64,000 nt of DNA from Candidatus Sulfomarinibacteraceae bacterium (GTDB taxonomy: Bacteria; Acidobacteriota; Thermoanaerobaculia; Thermoanaerobaculales; Sulfomarinibacteraceae). Shown in pieces: positions 54,330-62,413 of the stretch. Each line of letters starts with the position of its first letter. Position 1 is the stretch's first letter. The notes under the pieces were generated by a model that did not search any database, was not told where the DNA came from, and worked only from the letters and a program-made list of their open reading frames with translations. The position numbers were made by a program, and so were the translations under genes. The stretch lies in NCBI GenBank assembly GCA_963785275.1, contig CAWAUY010000049.1:133116-197115 (forward strand). Reading direction: 5' to 3'.

Positions 54330-55196
54330 CTATTGTGGCAGAACCGGAGAATCGACGAACTCGGGGGCAAACCGCACCGCCGACCTTACGAAATTGACAC
54401 GTGAGAACTGGCGGCTCGTCAGCAACTCGAAGAACCGATCCTTTGCCCGGCCCTTTGGAAACACCTTTCGTACGATCTTCCGCGACGGCACGCCTCGGGC
54501 CGACAATTCCACCGATCTCCGGGCCGCCTTTTCGATCCGGTCGGCCTTGAGTTCGAGGACGGCCACCGGGTCGTCGATGATCAGACCGTGGCCGGTCAGC
54601 ATGCGTCGAGGCCGCAACGCCGCCACCCTGCGGAGCGAACGCGCCTCCTCCCAGGGGTTGCCCCAGGTCAGCACGGCCGTCGCGCCCGGCGACACGAAGA
54701 GATCACCCGTGAAGACATCGCCGGTCTCCTCGACAAAAAGGCCGACCTGGGTGTTTGAATGGCCCGGTGCCGGAACCGCTCGCAGGGTCCGACCTCCGAT
54801 TTCGAGCATCTCCGGCATCTCCACCGGACGGAAGGGCTCGACATGACCCCACCAGACCAGTCGGTAGGGCGCCAGCGACCTCACCCCCTCTTCCCACAGC
54901 TGATCGGCGTGGCGGAGGTAGACGGGACACCCGTGAGCGCGAGACAACGCCGCGGCGTTCCCGGTGTGGTCCTCGTGGCTGTGGGTGCAGCAGATCGCGG
55001 CAATATCGCGGCCGGCAAGGGTGTGGATCACCGGCTCCCGGACGTAGGCAAAACCCGTGTCGATCAGCACGTCATCAACCAGGTACGCGCTCACGTCCAT
55101 TCCGAGCGCCCGCGACCCCAGGGTCCTCATCCCAGATGATGAACGCCGTTGCCGACATCCCGCATCGACACATGCGCTCCCTGCAGCGCACCCCAC
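54330..55196 (-). CDS. MBL-fold metallo-hydrolase (start uncertain)
   Basis: LIDTG, THSHEDHTGN, PGHS, FTGD, TGHG. Confidence 0.85.
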   Translation of the reverse strand: MGCAAGSACVDAGCRQRRSSSGMRTLGSRALGMDVSAYLVDDVLIDTGFAYVREPVIHTLAGRDIAAICCTHSHEDHTGNAAALSRAHGCPVYLRHADQLWEEGVRSLAPYRLVWWGHVEPFRPVEMPEMLEIGGRTLRAVPAPGHSNTQVGLFVEETGDVFTGDLFVSPGATAVLTWGNPWEEARSLRRVAALRPRRMLTGHGLIIDDPVAVLELKADRIEKAARRSVELSARGVPSRKIVRKVFPKGRAKDRFFELLTSRQFSRVNFVRSAVRFAPEFVDSPVLPQ

Positions 55197-55293
55197 CCTC
55201 GTCGGAACCTATCTTGCCGCACCGTGTCATTCTACAGAATGTCCGAAGCATTGTTTCTGTTGTCTCTCGCGAACAGCGAAAAAGGAGACTTCA

Positions 55294-55674
55294 ATGGCGA
55301 AAGTGCTTGGCGTGGGCGGCGTGTTCTTCAAGTCGGACGATTCCAAGAAACTCGGTGCGTGGTACAAGCAATGGCTGGGCGTCCCGGCCCACCCGGACTG
55401 GGGCGCGAGCTTCACACCCGACATGGTCCCGCCGGGAGGGTTCACCGCCTGGTCGCCGTTCAAGTCGGACACGACCTATTTCGAGCCCTCGAAGAACGCC
55501 TTCATGATCAACCTGATGGTCGATGATCTCGACGGCGCTTTGGCGCAGGTGGCCGAAGGCGGCGGCACGGTGGTCGGCGACGTCCAGGACGAGTCCTACG
55601 GCCGTTTCGGTTGGTTCATCGACCCCGAAGGCAACAAAGTCGAATTGTGGGAGCCGAGAGAGGAAGGCTCTTGA
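55294..55674 (+). CDS. VOC (glyoxalase/bleomycin-resistance) family protein
   Basis: AAGGAG SD, GVGGVFFK, WY...LG, MINL.VDDLD, YGRFGW.IDPEGNKVELWEP. Confidence 0.92.
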   Translation: MAKVLGVGGVFFKSDDSKKLGAWYKQWLGVPAHPDWGASFTPDMVPPGGFTAWSPFKSDTTYFEPSKNAFMINLMVDDLDGALAQVAEGGGTVVGDVQDESYGRFGWFIDPEGNKVELWEPREEGS

Positions 55675-55698
55675 GTTTTGAGTTTTGAGTTTTGAATT
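55672..55698 (+). repeat. Heptamer array (TGAGTTT)x3 starting at the stop codon
   Basis: tgagttt tgagttt tgagttt tgaatt. Confidence 0.8.
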
Positions 55699-55733
55699 GC
55701 GGATGATCATCCGAGCCCTCAGGGTGGTTGAGG

Positions 55734-55868
55734 CCGGGTGCGGCGGAGGTGCCATTTTAAATTTTGTTGGACCCTTGAGCATCCACGTCGGCGGGATGAA
55801 CCGGGCCAACAATGTTGAAGGTGGCTCCTCTCGGGAAGCGCGATGTGAAAGCCGGGTTCACTCGAACG
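55734..55868 (+). repeat. Dispersed hairpin element, type 1, copy C
   Basis: CCGGGTGCGGCGGAGGTGCCATTTTAAATTTTGTTGG-(35 nt)-CCAACAATGTTGAAGGTGGCTCCTCTCGGGAAGCGCG..TGAAAG...TTCACTCGAACG. Confidence 0.8.
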
Positions 55869-55894
55869 CCCGATAAAGTGACGGATCTTCCCTT

Positions 55895-55967
55895 CAAGAG
55901 ATTTCTCCACTCGCTTCCGGCATCGTCCTCCGGACGCTGTCGTATCATGGGCTCGGTCGAAATGACA
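55895..55967 (-). repeat. REP-like repeat with internal insertion
   Basis: CAAGAGATTTCTCCACTCGCT...GCTCGGTCGAAATGACA. Confidence 0.72.
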
Positions 55968-56044
55968 TTCAGTAGAGTCATCTGAAAGCCTTCGCGTGCG
56001 GCGGCAGGCCAGCCTTAGATTTGCTACCTTTCCCCTGAAGAGGG

Positions 56045-56407
56045 ATGGCAACCATGAACTACTTCCTGATGGTGCTCGCCGGGTTGCTGGTCGGCGTCGG
56101 TGCTTCGTTCACGGGTCTGGGCGGCGGCTTTCTCATCGTGCCGCTGTTGCTCGTGCTCGGCTACTCAGCGCAAAAGGCCGTGGGGACTTCCTTTCTGGCG
56201 ATTCTCGTAATCTCCGCGTCGGCCCTTCTCGCCCACAACAAACTCGCCAACGTCGACTTCAAGATCGGTCTTCTCCTCGGCATCGGCGGCATCCTCGGCG
56301 CACAGATCGGTCCGCGCTTGCTCGAGCACGTCTCCACCGGGAACTTCAAGAAGATCTTCGCCGGCGTTTTGCTGTGCCTCGCTGGATACCTCTTCTTCCA
56401 GAAGTAG
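56045..56407 (+). CDS. TauE/SafE (TSUP) family protein, single-repeat size
   Basis: G...GLGGGFLIVPLL..LG....AVGTS, G..GA.IG, 4 TM, 120 aa. Confidence 0.82.
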   Translation: MATMNYFLMVLAGLLVGVGASFTGLGGGFLIVPLLLVLGYSAQKAVGTSFLAILVISASALLAHNKLANVDFKIGLLLGIGGILGAQIGPRLLEHVSTGNFKKIFAGVLLCLAGYLFFQK

Positions 56408-56432
56408 ACCTGCCGACGAAGCTGCAGAGGAC

Positions 56433-57218
56433 TCAGTTCTTGGCAGAATCGGGTGATGGTGCGGGGGGCCGCTGATCGCCGTACCAGAAGCGCTCGGCGA
56501 ACTCTGACGTGGCTCCGGGTGAACGCCACACCATCGGCAGCAGGCGATAGAGATCAGTGAAATAGTGCCAGTCGCCGAAGTCGTCGAACTTGCGGGTCGA
56601 GGCCACGGCCTTGACCGCCCGCAATCGCGTCAACCTCTGCCCGCGTTTTCGCCCCAACCTCTTGAGATCGAGGAGGAACTGAACGTCCTCGGCGAAGGCT
56701 CGCCGCTCGTCATACCCGCCGATTTTCAAAAAATCCTCTCGCCGGCAAAAAACCACACCAGTGTCCATGCGAGTCAGCCACACGAAGGGCATGAAGAGTG
56801 CATAGGTGACGGCGATTCCAGGTGTCATCTTTTCAAACCCAACACCGGTCGAGCCGGCCACGAACTTGCCGGTGGCCACAGCGTCCTCGATTGCATTGAA
56901 GGATTCTGGGTGAACTTGCGAGTCGGCATCGACAAAACACAAGATCTCACCCATCGCTACAGCCGCTCCGCCATTGCGGACTGTTCCGATGCGGCGCTCG
57001 GGCACCCGCACGACCTCGCAGCCGAAGGTCTCGGCCACCGCCGCGGTCGAGTCGGTGGAGTTGTTATCGGCGACGATCACCTGGACAGCCCCTGGACCAC
57101 GCCGGTAGGTCTCGCGAGCCACCGCGATCGTCTCGAGCAGCCTCGGCAGAAGCTGCTCTTCGTTGAAGGCCGGAATGACCAGCGAAATCTTCGGGATAGT
57201 CTGTGGTTTTGAACTCAT
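56433..57218 (-). CDS. Glycosyltransferase family 2
   Basis: ISLVIPAFNEE, VADNNSTD.T, RNGGA, FVDAD, GGYDE...AED, STRKF. Confidence 0.92.
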   Translation of the reverse strand: MSSKPQTIPKISLVIPAFNEEQLLPRLLETIAVARETYRRGPGAVQVIVADNNSTDSTAAVAETFGCEVVRVPERRIGTVRNGGAAVAMGEILCFVDADSQVHPESFNAIEDAVATGKFVAGSTGVGFEKMTPGIAVTYALFMPFVWLTRMDTGVVFCRREDFLKIGGYDERRAFAEDVQFLLDLKRLGRKRGQRLTRLRAVKAVASTRKFDDFGDWHYFTDLYRLLPMVWRSPGATSEFAERFWYGDQRPPAPSPDSAKN

Positions 57219-57312
57219 GGTCCTTTCCATCGTATCGGATAACGTCAAAACTCAGCGGGTCTATGAGAAACTCATGTCCGAAATTACGGATACGGATCGG
57301 AAGGAGTGAGAT

Positions 57313-57675
57313 GTGATCGACCACGTCATCATGAGCGTCAGCGATATCATTGCCGCCAGAGCCTTTTACGAGAAGGCCCTCGCTCCCCTGGAATATCGCG
57401 TCGTCATGGAGATGGAGGGGGCTTGCGGCTTCGGAATTCTCCAAAAACCTGATTTCTTCATCAGACAGGGCGACCCCACGACACCCACGGTCCATCTCGC
57501 TTTTGCGGCTCGCGAACGGGCGGCAGTCGATGCATTCTATGAGGCCGCGATCGCCGCCGGGGGCGCCGATAACGGCGCGCCCGGACTACGCGAGGACTAC
57601 CACCCCAACTACTACGGTGCGTTCATCCTCGATCCCGACGGCCACAATATCGAAGCGGTATGCCACCGCCCGTAA
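57313..57675 (+). CDS. VOC family protein
   Basis: IDHV...V.D...AR.FY...L.PL, HLAF.A..R..VD.FY..A..AGG.DNG.PG.R..YHP.YYGAF..DPDG.NIEAV. Confidence 0.93.
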   Translation: MIDHVIMSVSDIIAARAFYEKALAPLEYRVVMEMEGACGFGILQKPDFFIRQGDPTTPTVHLAFAARERAAVDAFYEAAIAAGGADNGAPGLREDYHPNYYGAFILDPDGHNIEAVCHRP

Positions 57676-58373
57676 TCACCCGCTCGTTGCTGACCCGGCA
57701 GCAGGCGCGGGCTCACTACGACAAGGGCGAAGGGGGCGACGACAACCTTTCGTTCTACGGCCGTCCTGCGGTTTCACGACTCCTCGAACTGGGCGACTTC
57801 GGGAGCGCGTCCGAGGTGGTCGAGTTCGGGTGCGGCGCCGGTGGTCTGGCGCAGCTTCTGCTCGAGGAGAAGTTGCCGATCTATGCCAATTACTCGGGTT
57901 TCGATCTGTCCGAAACCATGGTCCAACTGACCCGGAAACGACTGATCCCGTTCGGATCGAGGGTGACGGTCACGCGGACGGATGGCCGGCCGCGCGTTCC
58001 GCTGCCACCGGCTTCGTGTGACCGTTTCGTCAGTACCTACGTGCTCGACCTGTTGCCGAGCCAGGAGATCGCCAAGTTGCTCTCACAGGCGTGGATGCTG
58101 CTGCGGCCCGGCGGCCTTCTGTGCCTGGCAAACGTCACAGAAGGCACGACCTTCGTTTCGAGGATGGTCATCAAGGCCTGGAAGAAGCTGCACGCCCGGG
58201 GCTCGACACGGGTTGGCGGGAGCCGGCCTGTTGCGATCACCCCATATCTGGGCCCGGCATCGTGGAAGATCTTGTACTCGGACACCGTCATCGCTCGAGG
58301 CGTCCCGTCCGAGGTGCTGGTGGCCCGCCCTCGGGCCCACGCCAAGGCCAGCCACGGCGATGCCCCGCAGTGA
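57660..58373 (+). CDS. Class I SAM-dependent methyltransferase (start may be TTG 57687)
   Basis: VVEFGCGAG, GFDLSETM, DRFVSTYVLDLL, LRPGG.L. Confidence 0.85.
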   Translation: MPPPVITRSLLTRQQARAHYDKGEGGDDNLSFYGRPAVSRLLELGDFGSASEVVEFGCGAGGLAQLLLEEKLPIYANYSGFDLSETMVQLTRKRLIPFGSRVTVTRTDGRPRVPLPPASCDRFVSTYVLDLLPSQEIAKLLSQAWMLLRPGGLLCLANVTEGTTFVSRMVIKAWKKLHARGSTRVGGSRPVAITPYLGPASWKILYSDTVIARGVPSEVLVARPRAHAKASHGDAPQ

Positions 58374-58390
58374 CCCTCGAGGAGGGAATC

Positions 58391-58702
58391 ATGAGAATCG
58401 AAGACCTGGAACCGCGCGAGTTGATCCCCGGGACGACGGTGCGTTTTGTTCACGGCGATCGCATGACGGTCGCGCACTGGCACTTCCAACCGAGCATTTC
58501 ACTCCCGGAACACTCCCACCCCCACGAACAGATCACCAACATCCTGACCGGCGAGTTCGAGCTCACCGTTGACGGCGAGCCACGTATTCTCCGCGGCGGC
58601 GACTATTTGGTGATTCCACCCGACGCCGTCCACTCCGGGCGTTCGATCACCGAGTGCCACATCCTCGATGTCTTCTGTCCGGTGCGCGAGGACTACCGAT
58701 AG
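58391..58702 (+). CDS. Cupin domain protein
   Basis: PEHSHPHEQI..I..GE, IPPDAVHSG, DVF.PVREDY. Confidence 0.92.
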   Translation: MRIEDLEPRELIPGTTVRFVHGDRMTVAHWHFQPSISLPEHSHPHEQITNILTGEFELTVDGEPRILRGGDYLVIPPDAVHSGRSITECHILDVFCPVREDYR

Positions 58703-58730
58703 GAATTTTGAATTTGGAATTCGGAATTTC
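58703..58730 (+). repeat. Heptamer array (GAATTTT-type) directly after the cupin stop
   Basis: gaatttt gaatttg gaattcg gaatttc. Confidence 0.78.
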
Positions 58731-58848
58731 CATCGCAGCCTTCCGGAACGTTGGAGTGCTCACGTAGGGATAACCTACGGGAAAGAGTCGCGTCCAACGA
58801 AGGTGCCTGGCTGGGTTAGACTACCGACCTCATGATTCGGGCTTCCAA

Positions 58849-59235
58849 GTGAAAGGTGCTGTCGATGTTCTCTGGGTCGGTCTCGGGGGCTTTGTGGGAT
58901 CGAGTCTGCGCTTTCTCATATCGGGCTGGGTCCATAGGCTGCCCGGAACCAGCAACTTTCCGTACGGAACGCTGGTAGTCAACGTCGTCGGGTGTCTCGT
59001 GCTTGGTTTCATCGGCGGCTGGGCGGAGCAACGCCAGACACTCTCCCCCGCTACCCGGCTCTTTTTCATGATCGGCGTTCTCGGCGGCTTCACGACATTT
59101 TCCACCTTTGCCTATGAGACCCTGGCCATGGCCCAGGGATCTGATCTGGCCAGAGCGTTTGCCAACATCGTGCTGCAGGTGGTGCTGGGCCTGGGTGCCG
59201 CGTGGCTCGGCTTTGCCGCCGCCAGAGGAATGTGA
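58849..59235 (+). CDS. crcB: Fluoride channel Fluc/CrcB
   Basis: GGF.G...R, FPYGTL.VNV.GC, G.LGGFTTFSTF.YE. Confidence 0.95.
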   Translation: MKGAVDVLWVGLGGFVGSSLRFLISGWVHRLPGTSNFPYGTLVVNVVGCLVLGFIGGWAEQRQTLSPATRLFFMIGVLGGFTTFSTFAYETLAMAQGSDLARAFANIVLQVVLGLGAAWLGFAAARGM

Positions 59236-59241
59236 GGCCAA

Positions 59242-59592
59242 ATGGGCGACTCCATCACCGGTAAGCTCTTGCGCATCTTCATCGGAGAATCGGATCGATT
59301 CGAAGGCATGCCCCTGCACGAGTGGATTGTCCTGGAGGCCCGAAAGCGGGGCCTCGCCGGGGCCACCGTCCTGCGCGGGCTCGAGGGATTCGGAGCCCAC
59401 AGCCGCCTCCACACGAAGAAGATCCTGCGCCTCTCGACGGATCTGCCGGTCGTGATCGAAATCGTCGACAGGGAGGAGAAGATCGAGGCCTTTCTGCCGC
59501 ACATCGACCACGCCGTTTCCGAAGGCCTGGCGACGGTTGAACGAGTCGAGGTCCGCTTCTATCGTGACGGTACGGAGACCGACGGGAAGTGA
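59242..59592 (+). CDS. DUF190 (PII-like) protein
   Basis: LLRIFIGESD...G.PL, GLAGATVLRG.EGFG, LS.DLPVVIEIVD. Confidence 0.93.
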   Translation: MGDSITGKLLRIFIGESDRFEGMPLHEWIVLEARKRGLAGATVLRGLEGFGAHSRLHTKKILRLSTDLPVVIEIVDREEKIEAFLPHIDHAVSEGLATVERVEVRFYRDGTETDGK

Positions 59593-59673
59593 CTCGATCT
59601 CGGACCGCCCATGCAACTGAACCGCTCGCAATGAAATCCCTGCAGGCTGTGTGGGAGTGGCGGGCGGAACCGA

Positions 59674-59705
59674 GATCCGAAATCCGAAATCAGAAATCCG
59701 AAATT
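59674..59705 (+). repeat. Heptamer array (ATCCGAA)n upstream of the GFA gene
   Basis: atccgaa atccgaa atcagaa atccgaa att. Confidence 0.78.
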
Positions 59706-59720
59706 GCCGGGAGCTGAGGG

Positions 59721-60113
59721 ATGATCACCCACAGCGGCGGTTGCCACTGCGGCCGGGTCCGGTTCGAGATTGACGCGCCGGCGGAACTCGAGGTGACGCT
59801 CTGCAACTGCTCGATCTGCGCGTTGACGGCCTACCTGCACCTGATTCTTCCCCGGGCGCGATTCCGGCTGCTCAGTGGGGAGGACAGGCTTTCCACCTAT
59901 ACGTTCAACACCGGAGTCGCGCAACACCACTTCTGCACCACCTGCGGTATCAAGTCCTTTTACGTGCCGCGGTCGAACCCCGACGGGATCAGCGTCAACG
60001 CCCGCTGCCTCGAGCCCGGCACCATCACCGGGATCCACATCACGAACTTCGACGGCCGCAATTGGGAGGAGCACGCGCACATCCTGGAACACCTCTCCCG
60101 GGGAGACGTATAA
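59721..60113 (+). CDS. GFA (CENP-V-like) Zn-binding family protein
   Basis: GGCHCG.VRF, CNCSIC, H.FC..CG, RSNPDG..VN.RCL, FDG.NWE. Confidence 0.93.
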   Translation: MITHSGGCHCGRVRFEIDAPAELEVTLCNCSICALTAYLHLILPRARFRLLSGEDRLSTYTFNTGVAQHHFCTTCGIKSFYVPRSNPDGISVNARCLEPGTITGIHITNFDGRNWEEHAHILEHLSRGDV

Positions 60114-60136
60114 TCCTTTGATCACGGAGGCGTGAC

Positions 60137-60553
60137 ATGAAGATCCGTTGGCCGGTTTTCCTCGTCGGTTTCACGATTCTGGTTGTCGCCGCGTGCGGTG
60201 ACGGCGGACCAAGCCTCATCAAACACGATACCGACCACCTGGTGCTCTTCAAACGCATCACCCTCGCTTCCGACGCCCGCGATCGGGCCGAAATCGAGCT
60301 CGAGGTCCGCACCGGGTCCGATTTCTCGAAGACGGTGCCGGATGGCACCGCGGTTGTCCTGGAAACGTCCCTCGGCGTTTTTGAAGGCCACGGCTCCCAC
60401 GTCGAAATCCCGACCGACGGCGGCCGAGTCGTGGCGACACTCATTCTGCCCGAACCGTCACGACTCACCATCACCGCCCGATCCCACGACGCCGAGTCGC
60501 ATCTCATTCTCGAGGTCAATCCTGACGGGTCCATCCGTATCGACCCGAACTGA
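60137..60553 (+). CDS. Hypothetical lipoprotein, Ig/invasin-like beta domain
   Basis: Lipobox VAAC, VPDGT.V.LETSLG.F, TDGG...ATL. Confidence 0.65.
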   Translation: MKIRWPVFLVGFTILVVAACGDGGPSLIKHDTDHLVLFKRITLASDARDRAEIELEVRTGSDFSKTVPDGTAVVLETSLGVFEGHGSHVEIPTDGGRVVATLILPEPSRLTITARSHDAESHLILEVNPDGSIRIDPN

Positions 60554-60559
60554 CCCCTC

Positions 60560-60964
60560 ATGAGCTCGCAAGATCCCGGAACAACGGCCCGCCTCCTGCT
60601 GCTCGCCGATGCCCTGATCAATCTCATCCTCGGAGTCCTATTGGTCGTCTACCCACGGCCCTTGGTTCTGATGCTCGGCTTCCGGGACATCCCGTCGACT
60701 CTCTTCTCGAGCGTGCTCGGCGGCGTCCTCATCGGTATCGCGATTGCTCTTGGCATCGCCTCCCGGGGAGGGAGGCAGGGCCTGGGTCTCGACGGTGCCA
60801 TCGCCATCAACATCTGCGGCGCGGGCGTCGTCGTGTTGAGACTCGTCACCGCTCCGCAGGAATTCACCACAGCCGGCCGCACCACCCTCTGGTTGATCGC
60901 GGTCCTCGTGCTCGGGATTGGATCAGCCGAGCTCATCCACCGTCTGCGGCGCAGAAACACCTGA
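60560..60964 (+). CDS. Hypothetical 4-TM membrane protein
   Basis: LL.DA.INL.LG.LL, LGGVL.GI..AL, GLGL.GAIAIN.CG. Confidence 0.7.
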   Translation: MSSQDPGTTARLLLLADALINLILGVLLVVYPRPLVLMLGFRDIPSTLFSSVLGGVLIGIAIALGIASRGGRQGLGLDGAIAINICGAGVVVLRLVTAPQEFTTAGRTTLWLIAVLVLGIGSAELIHRLRRRNT

Positions 60965-60982
60965 AATGGTACGGTCGCTGCC

Positions 60983-61471
60983 ATGAGTGCGTTTTCACTC
61001 GCCACCCTGGTGCTCGCTTCGGCTGAACCGGCACCCTCTGCCGGCATCGGTCCGCTGCTGGTTTGGGTGGCGGTGCCGGCTGCCATCCTCGGCGCACTGG
61101 CCGCCGGCGCCATCAAACGGGCGGTTCTGTCGCGCCCGTCTTTCCGAGACCATCGTCCGGGTCTCCGCACCTTTGTCTGGGTCGGCCTCGCCGATCTTGT
61201 CGCGTGGGCCGTCCTGTGGCCCGCCCTGCTCGCTGTCCGGTTGCAGGGCGTCTCATCGAACAGATGGCTGTGGATCGCCGCGCTGATGATGGTGGTCGCC
61301 CTCGGCTACATCGCCAATCGATACGGTTTCGGCAGGGCCTTTGCCCCGGCGGTCGCCGGCAACCTCCGCGGCACCCTCCTGGCCGAGTTTTTCACGATCC
61401 TGATGCCGGTGCTCGGAGTGGTCTTCGGCCTCGTCATCTTCTTTGCTCTAGGTGCGTGGGGGGGTCGATGA
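60983..61471 (+). CDS. Hypothetical membrane protein
   Basis: Four hydrophobic segments, ATGA overlap with the next gene. Confidence 0.6.
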   Translation: MSAFSLATLVLASAEPAPSAGIGPLLVWVAVPAAILGALAAGAIKRAVLSRPSFRDHRPGLRTFVWVGLADLVAWAVLWPALLAVRLQGVSSNRWLWIAALMMVVALGYIANRYGFGRAFAPAVAGNLRGTLLAEFFTILMPVLGVVFGLVIFFALGAWGGR

Positions 61472-62337
61472 TCAAGGATGTCAAACACCGCGTGTGGGCC
61501 TTCGACCTCGAATGGGTGCCCGATCCACTGGCCGGCAGGCTCGTCTATTCCCTGCCCGAGGAGGTCGCCGATCCGGCCGAGATTATGCGGGTGATGTGGG
61601 AACGCGGGGGCGCCACCGAAGAGGACCCGACGCCATTTCTCAAGACCGCCCTGTGCCGGGTCGTCTCCGTGGCGGCGCTCGAGCGGCGACAACTCCCTGA
61701 CGGGTCGGTCAAGCTCGCCCTGATGTCCTTGCCCCACGATCCGACCAGCGACGAGGAGGCCACCGAGTCGCACGTTGTCGGTACCTTTCTCGAAGCTCTC
61801 GGGAAAAACCGGCCGCAGCTGGTCGGTTTCAACTCGATTCAGTCGGACCTCAAGATCCTGATCCAACGCGGCATCATCCTCGGTCTCTCGGCGCCCGGTT
61901 TCTGCAAGCGCCCCGACAAACCGTGGGAGGGCATCGACTACTTCGCGCGCGGTAGCGACTGGAACGTGGATCTCAAGGACATCGTCGGTGGCTGGGGACT
62001 GGCCAGCCCAAGTCTGCACGAGATAGCTGTCCAATCCGGCATCCCCGGCAAGATGGGCGTCGACGGCAACGACGTGGCCCCGATGTGGCTCGACGGCAAG
62101 CTCGAACGAATCGTTCAATACAACGAGTGCGACGCTGTGACCACCTACCTCGTGTGGCTGCGGACGGCCCACTTCGCCGGTCATTTCGATACCACCGCGT
62201 ACACCCGGGAAAAGCAGTTGGTGGCCGATCTTCTCGAAGAGGAGATCTCGAAAGGGGAACGCCAACACCTCGAGGAGTACCTCGCGGCGTGGAACGAACT
62301 GCGTTCGACCATCGAAAGCGAGAGAATGCTGGAATAG
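61468..62337 (+). CDS. Stand-alone PolB-type 3'-5' exonuclease (DEDD)
   Basis: AFDLEW.PD, PQLVGFN...D, DL.D, SLHE.A...GIPGK...G..V, YNECD..TTYL. Confidence 0.88.
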   Translation: MIKDVKHRVWAFDLEWVPDPLAGRLVYSLPEEVADPAEIMRVMWERGGATEEDPTPFLKTALCRVVSVAALERRQLPDGSVKLALMSLPHDPTSDEEATESHVVGTFLEALGKNRPQLVGFNSIQSDLKILIQRGIILGLSAPGFCKRPDKPWEGIDYFARGSDWNVDLKDIVGGWGLASPSLHEIAVQSGIPGKMGVDGNDVAPMWLDGKLERIVQYNECDAVTTYLVWLRTAHFAGHFDTTAYTREKQLVADLLEEEISKGERQHLEEYLAAWNELRSTIESERMLE

Positions 62338-62413
62338 ATTCCAGCTCATCTTTGTCTCAATCCGTAGTGCGCGACCTTTTCTTTCGGTCGCGTCATCCGA
62401 GGGGGCGAGATCA

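Noticed and set aside
58731-58848. Fluoride riboswitch upstream of crcB
   Set aside because: No GGCGATGG...GCTGATGAC-type consensus found; only a heptamer array and a repeat half-site.
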